Part shown: piece after piece, positions 38,359 through 53,019 of the stretch
Numbering within the stretch: position 1 is the stretch's first letter
How the letters are laid out: each line of letters begins with the position of its first letter
Source of the DNA: Octopus sinensis
Taxonomy: Eukaryota
NCBI RefSeq assembly: GCF_006345805.1
Contig: NC_043000.1
Span: forward strand, 144,026,001 to 144,090,000
Direction: 5' to 3'
Length of the DNA stretch: 64,000 bases
The notes under the pieces: generated by a model
What the model was told of the DNA's origin: nothing
Database searches by the model: none
Seen by the model: the letters and a program-made list of their open reading frames with translations, nothing else
Made by a program: the position numbers and the translations under genes

Positions 38359-39144
38359 GACAGAGATGTATCTTCTCTCTCTCACTTTTTCTCTTCCTCT
38401 TTCTCTCTCTCTCTCTGTCTCTTACACTTACAGGTACGCTTTGATCCGTATCTATATCTCTGGTTTGCTATCAAAATGCGCACACACAAACGCGCGTAAA
38501 ACCACGAACACACACAGGCACACACGCAGACACACACACACGCAGACACACACACACGCACGTACACCAACATGCAGATATGGGGACGCATGGGACATGT
38601 ATATTTGAGCATGTATATATTTTTTTTTTTGGCTGGAATGTTTGTGTCACACAATTTGTGCCAGTCTATACCTTTTATTTTCTCTAGCAACCTAGTTACC
38701 TGTATATCTTCACTCTATCAGAACATTCTAATATCTACTTATGTTTTACCTACTGACTATAAGCGCCAAACCTATACTAACTTCAGGCCTATCAATGTTG
38801 TATATACGTTAAGTATGTTACAGAGATGACGTTTAATATTTAATGCTGTTTTGATTTCGTACATCGTGTATATCTTAGCCGGGCAAGATTTCTGTAATCT
38901 TAGCGAACGTATTATTCAGCGTTAGCAGTATATCGGGAGAGACAGATTTTCGTTAGACGTATAACTATAGGTTTTACGTCACTGACAAGTCACAAGAAGA
39001 GTGAAAGATGCTAGATGGTGTATGAATCGACTTACCTAGATAAATAAATAACCATCAGCTACGTCATGTGTTAATCTGTTTAATCTGTCTCATAGATTAA
39101 TAATAGTAATAATAATAACAACAACAACAATAATAATTGTAGTA

Positions 39145-39520
39145 CAAAGATCTAGCATCTTAAAGTGAGAAATGTTCTAGTTATTGTAGGTGCCCTAGGT
39201 ATGATAAAAAACAGATGTCAGAAACATCTAGATAATTTCCCAGGAGAACCATGTCTCACAGAAATCAAAGAGATTGTGCTGACATGTACTGCCCACATCC
39301 TTACACAAACCTTATCCATATAAATGTCTGTGTTGTATTACATAAAGATATTTCGCTACTGTTTCCTCCCGAAGTTTTCAGTCAAACTGTAACCTCTCTT
39401 ATCCTTCACTCGCCCTAGGACGCAAGGTGTGTCTCGGCATGTGATTGTAACAAACATGCACATTAACAGTAACATATAATATTAACAAAAACTATGACTA
39501 ATCTCATGCTCATATTAAGT
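39145..39520 (+). mobile_element. 5'-truncated R4/Dong-type LINE 3' end
   Basis: HLKVRNVLVIVGALGMIK..FPGEPCLTEIKEIVLTCTAHILTQTLSI*; starts right after (AAT)n(AAC)n. Confidence 0.75.
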
Positions 39521-39699
39521 TAGTTGTTAACTCACTCACTCACTCGCTCACTCAGAAAATCACAACCACGGAAACACATTTCCACACCTATTCAACCCTC
39601 GACTGTTAATCAATAAATTAAACAATGTGTGTGTGTGCGCGCGTGCATGTGAGTGTTTGTGCGTGCGAATGTGTGTGTTTGTGTGTATGTTTGTGTTCA

Positions 39700-40020
39700 A
39701 AGGCGCCTGGTTCAGTGATTAGGGCGTCGAACTTACGACCGTGATGTTGTGGGTTCGAAACCCGGACCGGGCTGCGTGTTGTGTTTTTGAGCAAAACACT
39801 TTGCTTTCTTGTTGCTCCAGTCTACTCAGCTGTAGAAAGGAGTTGCGGCGTCACTGATACCAAGCTGTGTCGGCCGTTGCCTTTCCCTTGAATAACATCG
39901 GTGGCGTGGAGAGGGGAGGCTGGTACGTAAGGGCGACTACTGGTCTTCCGTAAATAACCTTGCTCGGACTCGTGCATGGGAGAGCAAATTTCTAGGTGCA
40001 ATCCCATGGTAATTGATGTC
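39700..40020 (+). mobile_element. tRNA-derived SINE, family E (shares central block with family C)
   Basis: Degenerate A box, GGTTCGAAACCC B box, TTGTG..TTGAGCAA.ACACTT..GTTGCTCCAGTC.ACTCAGCTG block. Confidence 0.7.
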
Positions 40021-40489
40021 CGAAGTGGGACCCTGGATGTGTGTGTGTGTGTGTGTGTATATGAGTGCGTGTGTGTGCATATTTGTTTCAATGTCCAGTT
40101 TTCCATCATTACTTGTGACGAACAGAATTCATTGAAGCAGATTTTCTACAGCTGCGTGCCCTTCCTATTGTCAAATTTTACCTGTTTCTAAGCAAGATAA
40201 TATTTCCCAATGACCAGACATTTTTTTCTAAGTACTCCAAAAGAGTGACATACATTTGCATCAAGCACGCAATAAAATGACAAACACAAACATACACATG
40301 CTCCTGTCCACACAAACACATCTACACAAGTTCCTACTCCAATCCACATACATATACACACTCTCCTACCCCCCCACACACACATATACACAAATGTAAA
40401 CACACATACGCGCGCGCTAACGTACGCACACACACACACACACACACCATGATGATGATGATCATCATTATTTAAGATCCATTTTCCGT

Positions 40490-40925
40490 GAGGGCTTGGT
40501 GTAGATGGTTCAACAGGATCCACATAGCGGAAGACTACACCAATTTTAAACAGCTGTTTTGGTTTAATTTCTTCCAGTAATTTTACCGGGGCCGTGCTGG
40601 GGTACCGCCTTGAAGGGCAGTAGTACAATATATCAATCCCAAAACATGTTTTAAGTATAGCAATTACTCTACCTGTCTCTTTTGCAGAAGTGCTAAGCTA
40701 CGAGGACGTAAACATGCTAACACTGGGTATCAATTGTTGGGACTACAAACACTCACACGCACCCCCACACACAGGCACACACATACCCACACGCACACAA
40801 CGAGTATCTTTCAGTTTCCGTCTAGGAAATCCGCTCACAAGTCTTTGGTCGGACAGAAGCGTCACTAGAAGACACTTGCCCAATATTCCACTCAAGTGGA
40901 ATAAACCTGGATTACTGGTTTAAAA
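40490..40925 (-). mobile_element. Degenerate SINE family F
   Basis: CTTTCAGTTTCCGTCTA, AGAAGACACTTGCCCAA blocks shared with 60090-60503. Confidence 0.6.
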
Positions 40926-40960
40926 CAAGCTTTATGCCACACACCCACGACAATATATAT

Positions 40961-41017
<57 letters not shown>

Positions 41018-41019
41018 TT

Positions 41020-41226
41020 ATATTGTTGACCTCGTGAAGACCACTTGCAATTTTTTCCCCTCTGTCCTTCCACCTCGGGATCTTTCTTTCTCCTATGTTT
41101 CCGACGAAGAGCTCCGCTCGAAACGTCATACCCTCCTTCTTCCCTTCTTTCCTGAGCGCCTAATAATACTTTAATTGTTTCAAATCCTCGCGTTGTTGTC
41201 TTTTTTGTTTTCTTGTTTCGATTAAC
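41020..41226 (+). mobile_element. Solo Penelope-type terminal repeat
   Basis: Homologous to the reverse complement of 7866-8070, including GACGAAGAGCTCCGCTCGAAACG. Confidence 0.65.
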
Positions 41227-41235
41227 TTTATATAT

Positions 41236-41271
<36 letters not shown>

Positions 41272-41754
41272 AATATATACTTATTTCTTATTTCTTTTTC
41301 CCTAAAATATTCGTTACGTCTTTCAAACTTTTCAATTGTCAAGACTATTCAAAAATAAGTGGAAATTTTACCGGTAAGTGTGTTAAATTATAAGGCACAA
41401 AAATAAAATAACTCTCCCCAGACACAACAGAATATGCTTCAACACTTGAACTCACATAAAGAATCTTGCAAAGCAAGTCCATATATATATATATGTATGT
41501 ATATATATATATGTAAGTATGTATGATTTTAATTGCTACTAATATTTTCACATATATTCATAATTCCATATATATGTAACATAATCATCAGGCACAAACC
41601 AAACATCGTAATGAATTGAAAAAGAACACGGATATGTATCTATATATGCATTTATGTATATATGCACAGGCATTTATACGTCAGTCAACATATCTCTGTC
41701 TCTCTCTCACTGTGTATATACATATGTTTTAGTGCGTGTGTGTACGCGTTTGTT

Positions 41755-41809
<55 letters not shown>

Positions 41810-41859
41810 TATAATATATAGACCTCGCAATGCAGTACTTTGTTAACGAAATATGAATA

Positions 41860-42350
41860 AGTTCACACATTGATTTTTTATGTTTCTTGGGGCAGAATTC
41901 TTCTCACTATTGGAGTATCATGCTGCGGTGAGAATTGCGCTTCTTCATTATTAGGATTGGCTTAATACAGATTCAGACAAACACACCCTTTTTTCTATGA
42001 CACTGTTTTCTTTATCCTGTTTATAATATTAATAATTTATTGTCTATGTCTCTCTTCATCACATCTAGTATTTTATGGCCTGGTCTATCATTTCATTGGT
42101 CAGTTTCGTTGTTTCCTTCTATCATTTCGTTTTTCAAATCCTGTTTCACTCAAGCAGTTTTCTTTTTCTTATAATTTCTTTCTGGATTTCTTCATTTTAG
42201 ATATCGTTTTCCGTTGGCTAATACAATTCTTTTTCTTTCACTGTCTGGTACTTGTCTTATCACATCCTGCTTTAGTAATGTATTATGTGTTTTCGGATTT
42301 CTATTATTTATCCATTCTTAATTAGTTCATTCATTAAATGGCGTCTATTT
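41860..42350 (-). mobile_element. Possible old R4/Dong N-terminal fragment
   Basis: Purine-rich minus strand with K/E-rich interrupted frames similar in character to 31900-32400. Confidence 0.3.
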
Positions 42351-42465
42351 GCGCACAAATGAAATCCTTTATATCATATTTTATTAAAATTTTCACTGTC
42401 TATTTCAAAAATGATTTTTCTATCTGAAGACGACACAGATGTTTTTGAAGCAATTTTTGGTGAGA

Positions 42466-42527
<62 letters not shown>

Positions 42528-43389
42528 GCATTTTTCAGTATTTTAAGTATCTGCATAATTTACGTGTTGTTCCCTGGTTATTAGATTTATCATAATTCAA
42601 ATGTCAATATTTTATCGGATGCTTAACAACGGAACGAAGAACTATTTAAATGCTGTATTATTGTAGTAATCGTAAAGTGGTAAACATATATTTCGCATAT
42701 AAACATATATGGTGCATGAGTATTTTGTATTTCGAAATACTAAGCACGACGCAAAACAAGAAGAGAACCAATATGTACATAGGGTAAACATTTTTCATCA
42801 ATTCTAGCAATATTCATATGTCTAATTTCTCACGTAATTTCAAAACGTGCTTTCATAATGACGTTGCGTTTCTTCATATAACTGGATTGTTGCTTCGATA
42901 TATTTTTTTAGGGTTTGCCAATCTAGAAACGGAAACGAATACAAGAACGACAGTTGACTGTTGTCTTTTCAAGTATCTATAACGTTATGTTGACGTACAT
43001 TCTCAATAACAACAAAACAGCAACAGCAAAATAATTAAAATTATTTCAAATTTTGGCACAAGGCCAGGAAGTTTGAGAATGGGAATCAGTCGATTGCATC
43101 AACCCTAGTGCTTACCTGGTACTTACTTTATCGACAGATAAAAGGCGAAGTCGACTACGGAGGAATTTATACTCAGAATATAAAGGCAAACAGAACTAAG
43201 CATTTTGCTCGGCGTGCTTCCTATTCTGCCGGCTTGCCTAATAATGATAATAATACTAATGATGATGGTGATGATGATGATGATGATGATGAAGTTCATC
43301 ATCATTATCATTATAGCAAGTATACACAGTACACGACAAAACAAAGAGAAGCATCGGTAGACTGAAACAGTAATAAGAAAGAGGGGGCG

Positions 43390-44750
43390 TGATAATGATG
43401 TTGGCCTCGAATGAAGGAACCCCACAGTCCAAGAGCTCCCTGAGCACCAAAAGTAATTGTTTTTGCAATTCCTGTTTTCTGAGTCACAGGTCTAATCTTA
43501 GAACGGTAAGATCCACTCTTGCCATTTTTGTAACTATCACCAATCTCTCAATGAATTCACTCGTAAACAGCACCTGCCTCTCCATCCTCACTTCCTTTTT
43601 CAAGTGAAACTTGTAAAACTGGTGATGTCTGAAGCGGAATATCCACCGATCATATTACTGAGAGAGATCTGTTAGCGCATGACAACATTCTAATTACCAA
43701 CAACCCACTCTGTCTTTTCGTCACCCAGAGCTGCATCTCACTCAAAGAGCCGAGCTGTGCAGATACATGCCTCACAATGGAGCCCCCACACTTTCATCCT
43801 CCATAAAATGTTCTAAGTGCGCAACATAAGCACGTGTCTGCGTGTCAGAAGCCACGGTATAGCAAAACTGCCATTCAGAGAAGGCTAGCAGGCAAATGAC
43901 AGCCTGACCATTGGAATGCGCCCCTTTCACAATAAATTAAATAAAAGATACTCGGTCAAGCAATATCCGGGGTAGGAGATGACGGTGAGGCGATACATGA
44001 TGACGGAGGAAATGAAGGCGTCCATCAGGCCACATCTGGCGTAAAACTTTCTTTATCTCGCCCCAGTTCTTTCTTCACCTGAAGGTCGGGACCGAACCAG
44101 ATTTAGAGCAGTTCAATTGGTACGCCAATCCTGCGACATCATCGTACGTCATAGACCCACCCTCCATCAACTGACTCTTAACTAGTGTACAATTCAGTTC
44201 CTTTTAGTCTTTGTGAGCCGTTGAAGATGGATTCAGTTTACAGTAAACATGTCCTATCTAAATGGACTGTGTTGATCACAAATTTATGGTCATTGTAGAC
44301 AATTCGAATTCTAGACACGCTATCTGAAACCGCTTATCAACCAAATACTGGATGATCTGGATGAGCTATTGTGGTTGCCCCATGTCTGCACTGGTACATC
44401 AGGAAAATCTAGTCGGTACCTGTCAGACAGCTTGAAGTGCCTGAGCAGGTTTCACTGGCATTTGCATCCATTTCTGCCATATAGCTGCTCCACATTTTCA
44501 TATCGTTCATCCAAAATATTATTACAATCTTCAACAATTGCTAATGCGAGACACTCCCATAAACTTTTCTAGAGATTTTGTCGAGGCATAAACAGCCAAC
44601 ATTTTAAATGCACAACCTTCACTGCAATTCACGCCCAAGACCAACAGCCTAGGCTGCACTCTGCAAAGCATGGTGTTAGAGGATGTATAAAACCAAGCCA
44701 AACACGGTAAAATGTTTTTGAGATGTTGTGTTGTGCTAGTCGTGGCTTTA
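43390..44750 (-). mobile_element. Old internally deleted Tx1/L1-clade LINE
   Basis: FHLKKEVRMERQVL and [14 protein letters not shown] align with the 60981-62810 element; 44200-44700 reads like an APE domain (LLAVYA, SDRYRLD.PDVP..TW). Confidence 0.7.
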
Positions 44751-45688
44751 CGGAATAGCGAGAGACCTAGAAGTGGTTTTAGAGTTGGGTGTTTGCCAAG
44801 ATGTTCCGAGATTTGGTCCGCTAACGCTTGATCAAGATAAAGCCATGGTGTTAAAAGAAGAAATCAGATAAGTTTAGGAGTGGGGTTTATTCCGCTGGAG
44901 AGGGTTGAGGTGTGATTGCTATTATGGGATTGGGTGGCGATGGCTTGGTATAGAGTGAGAATGTATGGTGTGGAGTATTCTCATTGGACGAAGATAGTGA
45001 TTATTTTTTCATAGGGTCTCACAGTCGTACTCAGAGAAGCACAGGCGATGGGGAAATAGGAATTAAAAGAAAAGGATGGCTCATTTAGTGTGCGTGGATG
45101 AGGCTGAAAACAATGAAGACTAGAATGGGTATCAGGGTGTTTATAAAAGGCCTTTGGTGGTGATAGTACAGTCCAATTGGTTGAAAAATATTAAAAAAAG
45201 TTGGTAGGCATTTCAGATCCAAAGGCGAATTTAAAGGAAGAATCAAAGGAGCTGAGAAATGAGATGAAAGTCTTCAGTAATACGTTAGTGAGTCTGTTAC
45301 AGTCCGAGGCAGTCATGTATAAAGCATCCTTTTAATTCTGGAGTAGCTCCGGTGAATTATGAGGAGATACAGGCTTCGACATAACCAAGGAACAAGCTAA
45401 TATTATTGCGAGACATACGCAAACGCACACTCACGCGCGCACGTACACAGCACACGCACCCAAACAAGTACACGTATAAGCACACACACCATCACGCACA
45501 CACACGCACACACACGCACACACACTCACACACCCATCCCAAAAAGCACGCACATACGTGCGCACACACACACACACACTAACATACACAAACACACACA
45601 AACACTCAAACACATATAGATGCATGCATGTCTGCATCTATATGCCTTTGTCTATTCGTGAATATGAGTGTGTATATATATATGATAA

Positions 45689-45918
45689 GGCGGCGAGCTA
45701 GCAGAAACGTTAGCACGCCGGGCGAAATGCGTTGCCGTATTTCGTCTGCCGTTACGTTCCGAGTTCAAATTCCGCCGAGGTCGAATTTGCCTTTCATCCT
45801 TCCGGGGTCGATGAATTAAGTACAAGTTACGCACTGGGGTAGATGTAATCAACTTAATCCGGTTGTCTGTCCTTGTTTGTCTCCTCTGTGTTTAGCCCCT
45901 TGTGGGTTGTAAAGAAAT
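45689..45918 (+). mobile_element. SINE family A
   Basis: Matches 55-286. Confidence 0.88.
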
Positions 45919-46051
45919 ATATATATATGAACTTCAAGGAAATTTAACAGAAACCTTAACCGTTCTGTGCATAGTACTTTTCAGTGTATTTATATTATTC
46001 ATACGCACACGTGCACATACGTACGTGCATGCTCACATACACACTTGCACA

Positions 46052-46156
<105 letters not shown>

Positions 46157-46749
46157 GCCCCTGCTGATTAACACATACGCTCTTCGGAATGAATCCTCAA
46201 CAACGAATATATTTTTTGCATTTTACATAAATACATAGTGTTTTTAATGTTACTTTGGTTGCTCTTCTCCCTCCACTTTCGTGATATTAACTTATACTCT
46301 TAGTGTGTGTATGTGTGCATTTTGTGTGCATATTTGTGTGAGTGTGTGCGTGCGTCTGTGTGCATATCTTCGTGCTTGAATATTTCGTTTGGGCCCTCTT
46401 TTGTTATATGTGTATGTCTGTGCGTGTATGTATATTTTCACACACACACACTTACACAGGCACACGAATTACCTTCGATTATGCATCTCTCACCCCCTTT
46501 TCTCTGTCACTCACTCACTCTCTTTTTATTCGCCTCCCATATCGATCAATTTATTTGCGTTGCTCCACTGTCTGTCTATATCCTTGAGTCAGTATATCTG
46601 ACTGAACAGAATAGAATTAATTATATGCGTGTGTGTAATCGAGTTTCCTCGCTCTGATATTTGTCTGTGTGCCCGTTTAACGTGTGGGTGCTTTTGTACA
46701 TGTGATTCCACGTTAAATATTGAAATGATTCAATATTCGAATCCCATAT

Positions 46750-46755
46750 CACATC

Positions 46756-46814
<59 letters not shown>

Positions 46815-46834
46815 CAATCTGTCTAGCTATCTAT

Positions 46835-46907
<73 letters not shown>

Positions 46908-46915
46908 CATCCATA
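46750..46915. repeat. (CT)n(ATCT)n microsatellite
   Basis: Direct reading. Confidence 0.95.
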
Positions 46916-47746
46916 ATCTGTATATGATATTAGTTATGCTATATAATCGCTTTTATTTCTCCCTCTTTCCTGGCTACAAATACACACACATTTTTATCTT
47001 TAATTATTTCTTCCACTCTTTCAATATCTCTTTCTCTCTCTCCCTCTCTCACTCGCTCTCTCTCTCCCTCTCTCTGTCTCTCGCTACCTCTCTCCCCCCT
47101 CTCTCTCTCTCTCCATTTCTCTCTGCGCCATCATCCGACTGTTAGCATGTATATGGAGACGACAAAGTCAAGTACCTGGCGGTGTACCCCATCTTGTGTG
47201 ATCTTGACATGGATAGAAATTTAAGGAAGACTTTTCGAGTGAAATAAGTCAGACGGTGCAGCCAAGGGTGATCTGCCACTGGAAGGATAAACCTATTGTG
47301 AGAGGAATCCAAAAGTGAACACATTTGGAGCCCTTGCCCTTTTTGGTGTTTTCATAATTCAAACAGTTATTCAGTCAGCCACTTTCATTAGCTCTTGATT
47401 ATACAAACTAAAGTAATGTACCTCATGCAAGAATGAACTCTGAAGATACGTTGTAAAAGAAAAAAACACGCGTAAAGTGAAACTATAACGGAATCTATAA
47501 GTGAAGATCTGATAAAAATAATATGCTATGTCAAAAAGTTCGAAGTACTTTGATATGAGCATGCAAACACTCCTTAACTTCTAAGTGTTGATTGGGGAAT
47601 AAATATGATTGCGGATACATCTCTTCCTGTACACATTACCAAATTACCATGAATGTGCACATGATGCCGTGTGATCCCTTAAATATGCAGTGCAAAAGAG
47701 CAAAACCAAGGCTAATTTTGTAAAGAACATTTCTCTTTTGCTACAG

Positions 47747-47793
47747 GGGTTACTGCTTACAATTATGGACATAAACCTAAGAAAATACGAAAG
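47747..47793 (+). CDS. Candidate internal micro-exon (phase 1 to 0)
   Basis: Branch-like CTAAT at 47712, acceptor ATTTCTCTTTTGCTACAG, donor AAG|GTATGT, open frame xVTAYNYGHKPKKIRK. Confidence 0.5.
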
Positions 47794-47938
47794 GTATGTG
47801 AAAAAGGAATTAATATGAAAAGAAAATGGTATGGAGAATGATAGGTGGGGAAATCGTACGAAATCTTTACACTAGATCTAAAGAAAAAATGAGTAAGAAA
47901 ATGTGCTGGCAATAAAATATACTTGAAAATATTTGTTT

Positions 47939-47977
<39 letters not shown>

Positions 47978-48052
47978 GCAGGCGTGGATCTTATACACAA
48001 AATGTATATACATAATAATACATATATAATAGAGGAAATATCTACACATACG

Positions 48053-48096
<44 letters not shown>

Positions 48097-48296
48097 TACG
48101 CACACACACGCACATATATGCATTTATGTATGTATGTATATATATATATATATATAATCAAGATTAATCAGCCGAAATTACTACGATGATCCGGTTCTTG
48201 ACTGAAGACTGAGGGGTTCGAATGTCCTGTCCATGTTTATTGTATCGTCTTCTATGAGTTATACGTTCTTGTCCATGTTGTATTTTTCTACATACC

Positions 48297-48334
<38 letters not shown>

Positions 48335-48702
48335 ATAGAGGACATTATTACACATATGTGTAATAATGCCCTCTATACAATATAAATTAATATTTTTAAA
48401 AGGAAAAAAAAAAATTATTTTCGAATTTTTTTTTTCTCTTATGAGGTTTTTCACGCTAACTACCTGATAATTTCTTGTTAAGATTCCTTATTAAGAAGTT
48501 ATCCTTAATTGTTAAATATATATATATATGCCTATAAATATACACATTTCTTGCCTATACGTAAATATATAAGCGTAAACCATGATATAAGCACAGTTAT
48601 ACAGGAGATCAATGAAAAAATGCATTCATAGGATCAAAGTACAGGTAAATATATAGAACGCATTTTGAAGGCGTTTGTGTATATATATATACATTCATAA
48701 AT

Positions 48703-48985
48703 ATATATTTCTTTATTGCCCACAAGGAGCTAAACATAGAAAGGACAAACAAGGACAGACAAAGGGATTAAGTCGATTACATCGAACCCGGTGCTTAACT
48801 GGTACTTGTTTAATTGACCCCGAAAATATCAAAGGCAAAGTTGACGGCGGAATTTGAACTCAGAACGTAACGGCAGACGAAATACCTATGTCTTGCTCAA
48901 AGCACAACGCGCCGCTGGGAATCAGACTCAGCACCTTACGATAATGAGCTGATTACCCTAACCACTAAGCCACCCGCCTTCACTA
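48703..48985 (-). mobile_element. Chimeric or nested SINE: family C-like head joined to headless family A body
   Basis: 48889-48985 carries TGGCTTAGTGG and TTGAGCAAGACA; 48703-48888 is family A from GGTATTTCGTCTGCC onward. Confidence 0.7.
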
Positions 48986-49224
48986 TTCCGCTGTGTAGAT
49001 ATGTCGGAAATCTACTCATCTGCTTTTTTATGTCACACAGTATTGACCTCTTAACTTAGAGAAATTTGGGGAATTTACTGTTCTTATCCACATATTTTGG
49101 TGGCTTCAAACCAAGAAGGTCAGCAGGACAAGTTTCAGAGCCCATTTTTTTATTACCCTCATGCAATGTGCATCAAAATTAGTCCCTATTTTCAGCAACC
49201 TCTTCGTTGCTTCCCAACCACATA

Positions 49225-49645
49225 GTTGTGGGCTCAGTCTCACTGCCTGGTACCTTCGATCGACAAGTATCTTGTACTGCAACCTCGAGCCGACCAGAGC
49301 CTTGTGAGTGGATTGGGTAGGCGGAAACTTAAAAGTAGCTCGTCATATCTGTGTGTGTGTGTGTGTGCGTGCGTGTGTATATATATATATATATATTATA
49401 TATATATATATATATTCGTGTGTGTTTGTGTGTGTGCTTATAAGCCTGTGTCTGTGTTTGTCCCCCACCATCATTTGACAACCGATGTTGAAGTTTACAT
49501 CTTCAAATTTAGCAGTTCGGGAAGAGAATCGATAGAACAATTACGAGGCTTAAAAATTCTACTGGAGTTGATTCATTCGACTAACAATTCTTCAAGATAG
49601 TGCCCCAGTATGGGCACAGTCTAATAAATGAAACAAGTTACATGT
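49225..49645 (+). mobile_element. Degenerate SINE family F with internal microsatellite
   Basis: GCCGACCA.AGCCTTGTGAGTGGATT.GGTAG.CGGAAACT and TGTGTTTGTCCCCC..TTGACAACCGATG blocks. Confidence 0.7.
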
Positions 49646-52600
49646 AAACGAAAAAAAAAATATCAGAAGCGAGTCAACCGTATTCGGCCTTTGACACTTA
49701 AGTCTTCAACAATCAGTCATGTATTAATTCAGTAGCTTCCTATGAGATCTGTGTCATTCATTCTCAAGTTAGTGTTCCACCAGGTTCATTTCTGCTACCA
49801 ACATACTCCACCTCCTATATATTTATAAAAGAAAAAACGCCATGTCCAGCATTTTCCATAAACATATATTTCACATGTAACGTTGACAATTCCCGGTAAG
49901 TTTGCATCGCCTCCCTAAGTGGAGACTTAGAAAGCATTCTCCGTTGAAGTGCTTCGATTTTCAACTTAAAAAATAAGAAAGAAACAAAAATTATTTTTTC
50001 TCAAATCAAGAAAATATTATCACGCTCCACTCTCTTAACAATGAATATCGTGTAAGTGTATCATACCTATATGTGATTGTGCGTATTTGTGTGTGTGTGT
50101 GTGTGTGTGAAAACTGTTACACGCACAAACATACACATATAACAAAAGCGGGCACAAACAAAATATACAGGCACGAAGTTATGCACACAGACGCACGAGT
50201 ACACACACAGTTACACACACATACCCCCCCCCGCGCACACGCCCATACAAACAAACATATTTTGATTACATGATCCATTAATCGATTCGTTTGTGTAAAT
50301 ATATGTGTAAATATATGTATGCAAATATATTTAATTCATTCATTGGTTTACACCGTTCTTCTGCGACTTAAACGAGCGAGCAGAACGTAATTTATACGAG
50401 CTGTATGTATTCTATACATCTTAGAAGGAAAGAAGTGAACACAAAGTCGCACTATTTGAGCTGTCTCCACGAAAGTACATTGTGATATCCCACTTTGAGA
50501 TATTGAAGTTGAATCACATTTTACAAGGAAATTTTTACTAAATTTACTATTGGTTTCGAATTTTAGCACTCAGCCAGCAAGTTCCCCAATTGTTCAACTG
50601 ATACTTATTTTGTCGACCTCGAAAGGCAATGTCGACCTCAGCGGAATTTGAACTCAGATAATGAAGACGGATGAAATGCCGCTGAACATTCCGCTAACAG
50701 TGCTAAAGATTCTACCAGATCGCCGCCTTCAGCTAAATTTAATTGTAAGTGGTTAACATAATACACAAAGCAATAATACCTTGTTATAATAACCGTTATG
50801 GCCGCTATTCACGGCATTAGCTATCAAGAATAATATCACTTACATTAATAGGGAAGTTGAGTCTTGCAGCGAAATTCATGATCTTGGATCAGTTCGTATA
50901 GTACCGAGTAGGAAAGATAAAATGCCCTATATTTCGGACTGGTTATGTCGTTTAAAGAAAAGGGTGATAGAGCGAGAGAAAAAAGGGAGACTTAGAAGGT
51001 AGAAAGAAAAAGGAGAGAAAGAGAGTTATAAGGAAGAAAGAAAAAGGAGAGAGAGAGGAAGCGAGGGAGAGATTCGAGCCAATATTAATCAATATTGCTA
51101 ATTTAGAAAAAAAAATACCGTTAATAAGCGAATATATCGCAAAAATAATGGCGTATATTTATTAAATCTGTTTCTTAATATATATTGGCAATTATTAATA
51201 CATACATATTAATTTATTAATAATTTATAATACATTTTATAAAATATTGATAAAATATTAATAATGTTTCATTAGTTTCATATAGAATATCGTATTGGAA
51301 TGTTAGAGAAAATTATAATGAAATGTAGGCACGCACTTTGAAAATTATTGAAAATTGTGTATTCACTAGAGGGAAATTATATCACTAATCCATTCTGAAG
51401 TGGAAAAAAGTGAAAATAAAGCATTACTGCAAACAGTCTCAGTTTTTCGTGAGGTTATCTGTCCTTCTATCACATCCGTTACGATAGAAAAACTGATAAC
51501 CTCTCGATAAACTAATTATAGTGAAATTTAAATAATATATCTGCAAACGGTGATTGAAACTCCTTATTTACTGACGGGTGTGTTTCTATTATGCTACCTC
51601 CTATACTAAGCTTGAATACGTATATAGGTAGTGATATAATTTTAATCAATGCCTGCAGTCATTTCACTTCCATTACAAAATAAATACTATCTGGTTAGTA
51701 TTAATGATACAGTATGCTCTAGTCAATACATGAAAATACAAGACATTGAAATTCCATGTTGAAAGTGTCAGTGTCGGAGGCAGACATTTTTTAGTGGACG
51801 GAGTTCCACCTACACTCTTACATGTAAAGTGATCACGAGGAATATCCTACAAAAGCTTTATAAGAATGGCGTATGGCATTATAAGCTCCATACATATTAA
51901 TAATGATTTTTAATGTGGAAATACCACATGAGAACATGTCGGTGTATTTATGAGTGCATATTTGTTGTTTCTTTATTTTATGAGTGCATATTTGTGCGCT
52001 TCAATATGCATGCTTGGAGATTGACGCTGGTTTGCACAAAAGAATGTTGTATCACCGAACTCAAAGGACTTCAGAATCGATAAAACACTTGCAACAATAT
52101 TTAACACAGTGCACCTAAGTATAGTTTTGCAAGATGCTTAGCTAACATGCATGTGTTAATTACCTTGCACTGGGGATTGAAGCATTATGGATAAGTGTTT
52201 GCATAGTTTGTAAAGTTGTGTTTGAAGCATTTTGTGGTATACAAAAATAGAATTCTGTTAAGCTAATTTGCTCCTGTTAATATTACCCTTAGACACATTC
52301 TACGTTGGAAACTCTATGAAACAGAAAGTGTTGGGAATTCCCTATAATATTTGAATAAAGGAATCGATTGCTTTTGTCTCATTCTCTTCGAAATACAATC
52401 ATCAATTCACAAGCATTTAACGATTAATACAATTAAATATACACCCAAACATATACCCTGCAATAATTTCTCACACATGCATATGTGATATTTAGTCGGT
52501 GGAGGTTCAATGTCCTGTATTAAATAGTTTGATATGATGAGCAGTCTTTCTTATTTGGTCACCAAATCGAATTTTGTCTATTGTTCAAAACAATGTAACT

Positions 52601-52943
52601 GAGCATCAAATGATATGCTTTGATGTAGTATTCATTACTATGATCATTTTCTTTCAAGTAACTGCTAAGAAACAAAATCGGAAAGCTATTTGATTCCGTG
52701 TTATGTTTTTCCCCGACTACTGCGGTTAGCAGTTTTATTCATAGAGTATGATAAATGTGCATATGTCATAAACTTTGACTATTCATCACCTTTCCTAACT
52801 TTTCACCAATTGCAGCTCATTGATTTTTGAAACCGTTTATTTCTAGTGAACTCTGCATAAGTACACTCGCACCGCAATTACTTACACGCATATAAATAAT
52901 GCACGCAACCACAAAAGCACTAAGATGCAAACGAGCGCACGTG

Positions 52944-53019
<76 letters not shown>

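Noticed and set aside
44750-45420. Possible Tx1 ORF1 or Penelope RT remnant
   Set aside because: Conflicting weak similarities; could not assign strand or family
48180-48232. CTGAAGACTGAGGGGTTCGAATGTC motif
   Set aside because: No GAAA and no convincing stem II
49850-49895. Open 46-nt segment ending at GTAAGT
   Set aside because: The acceptor lacks a pyrimidine tract
51945-51995. About 19-bp direct duplication TTTATGAGTGCATATTTGT; also GCCGAACTTTTCA x2 near 54118-54143
   Set aside because: Isolated two-unit slippage duplications with no spacer array, so not CRISPR-like
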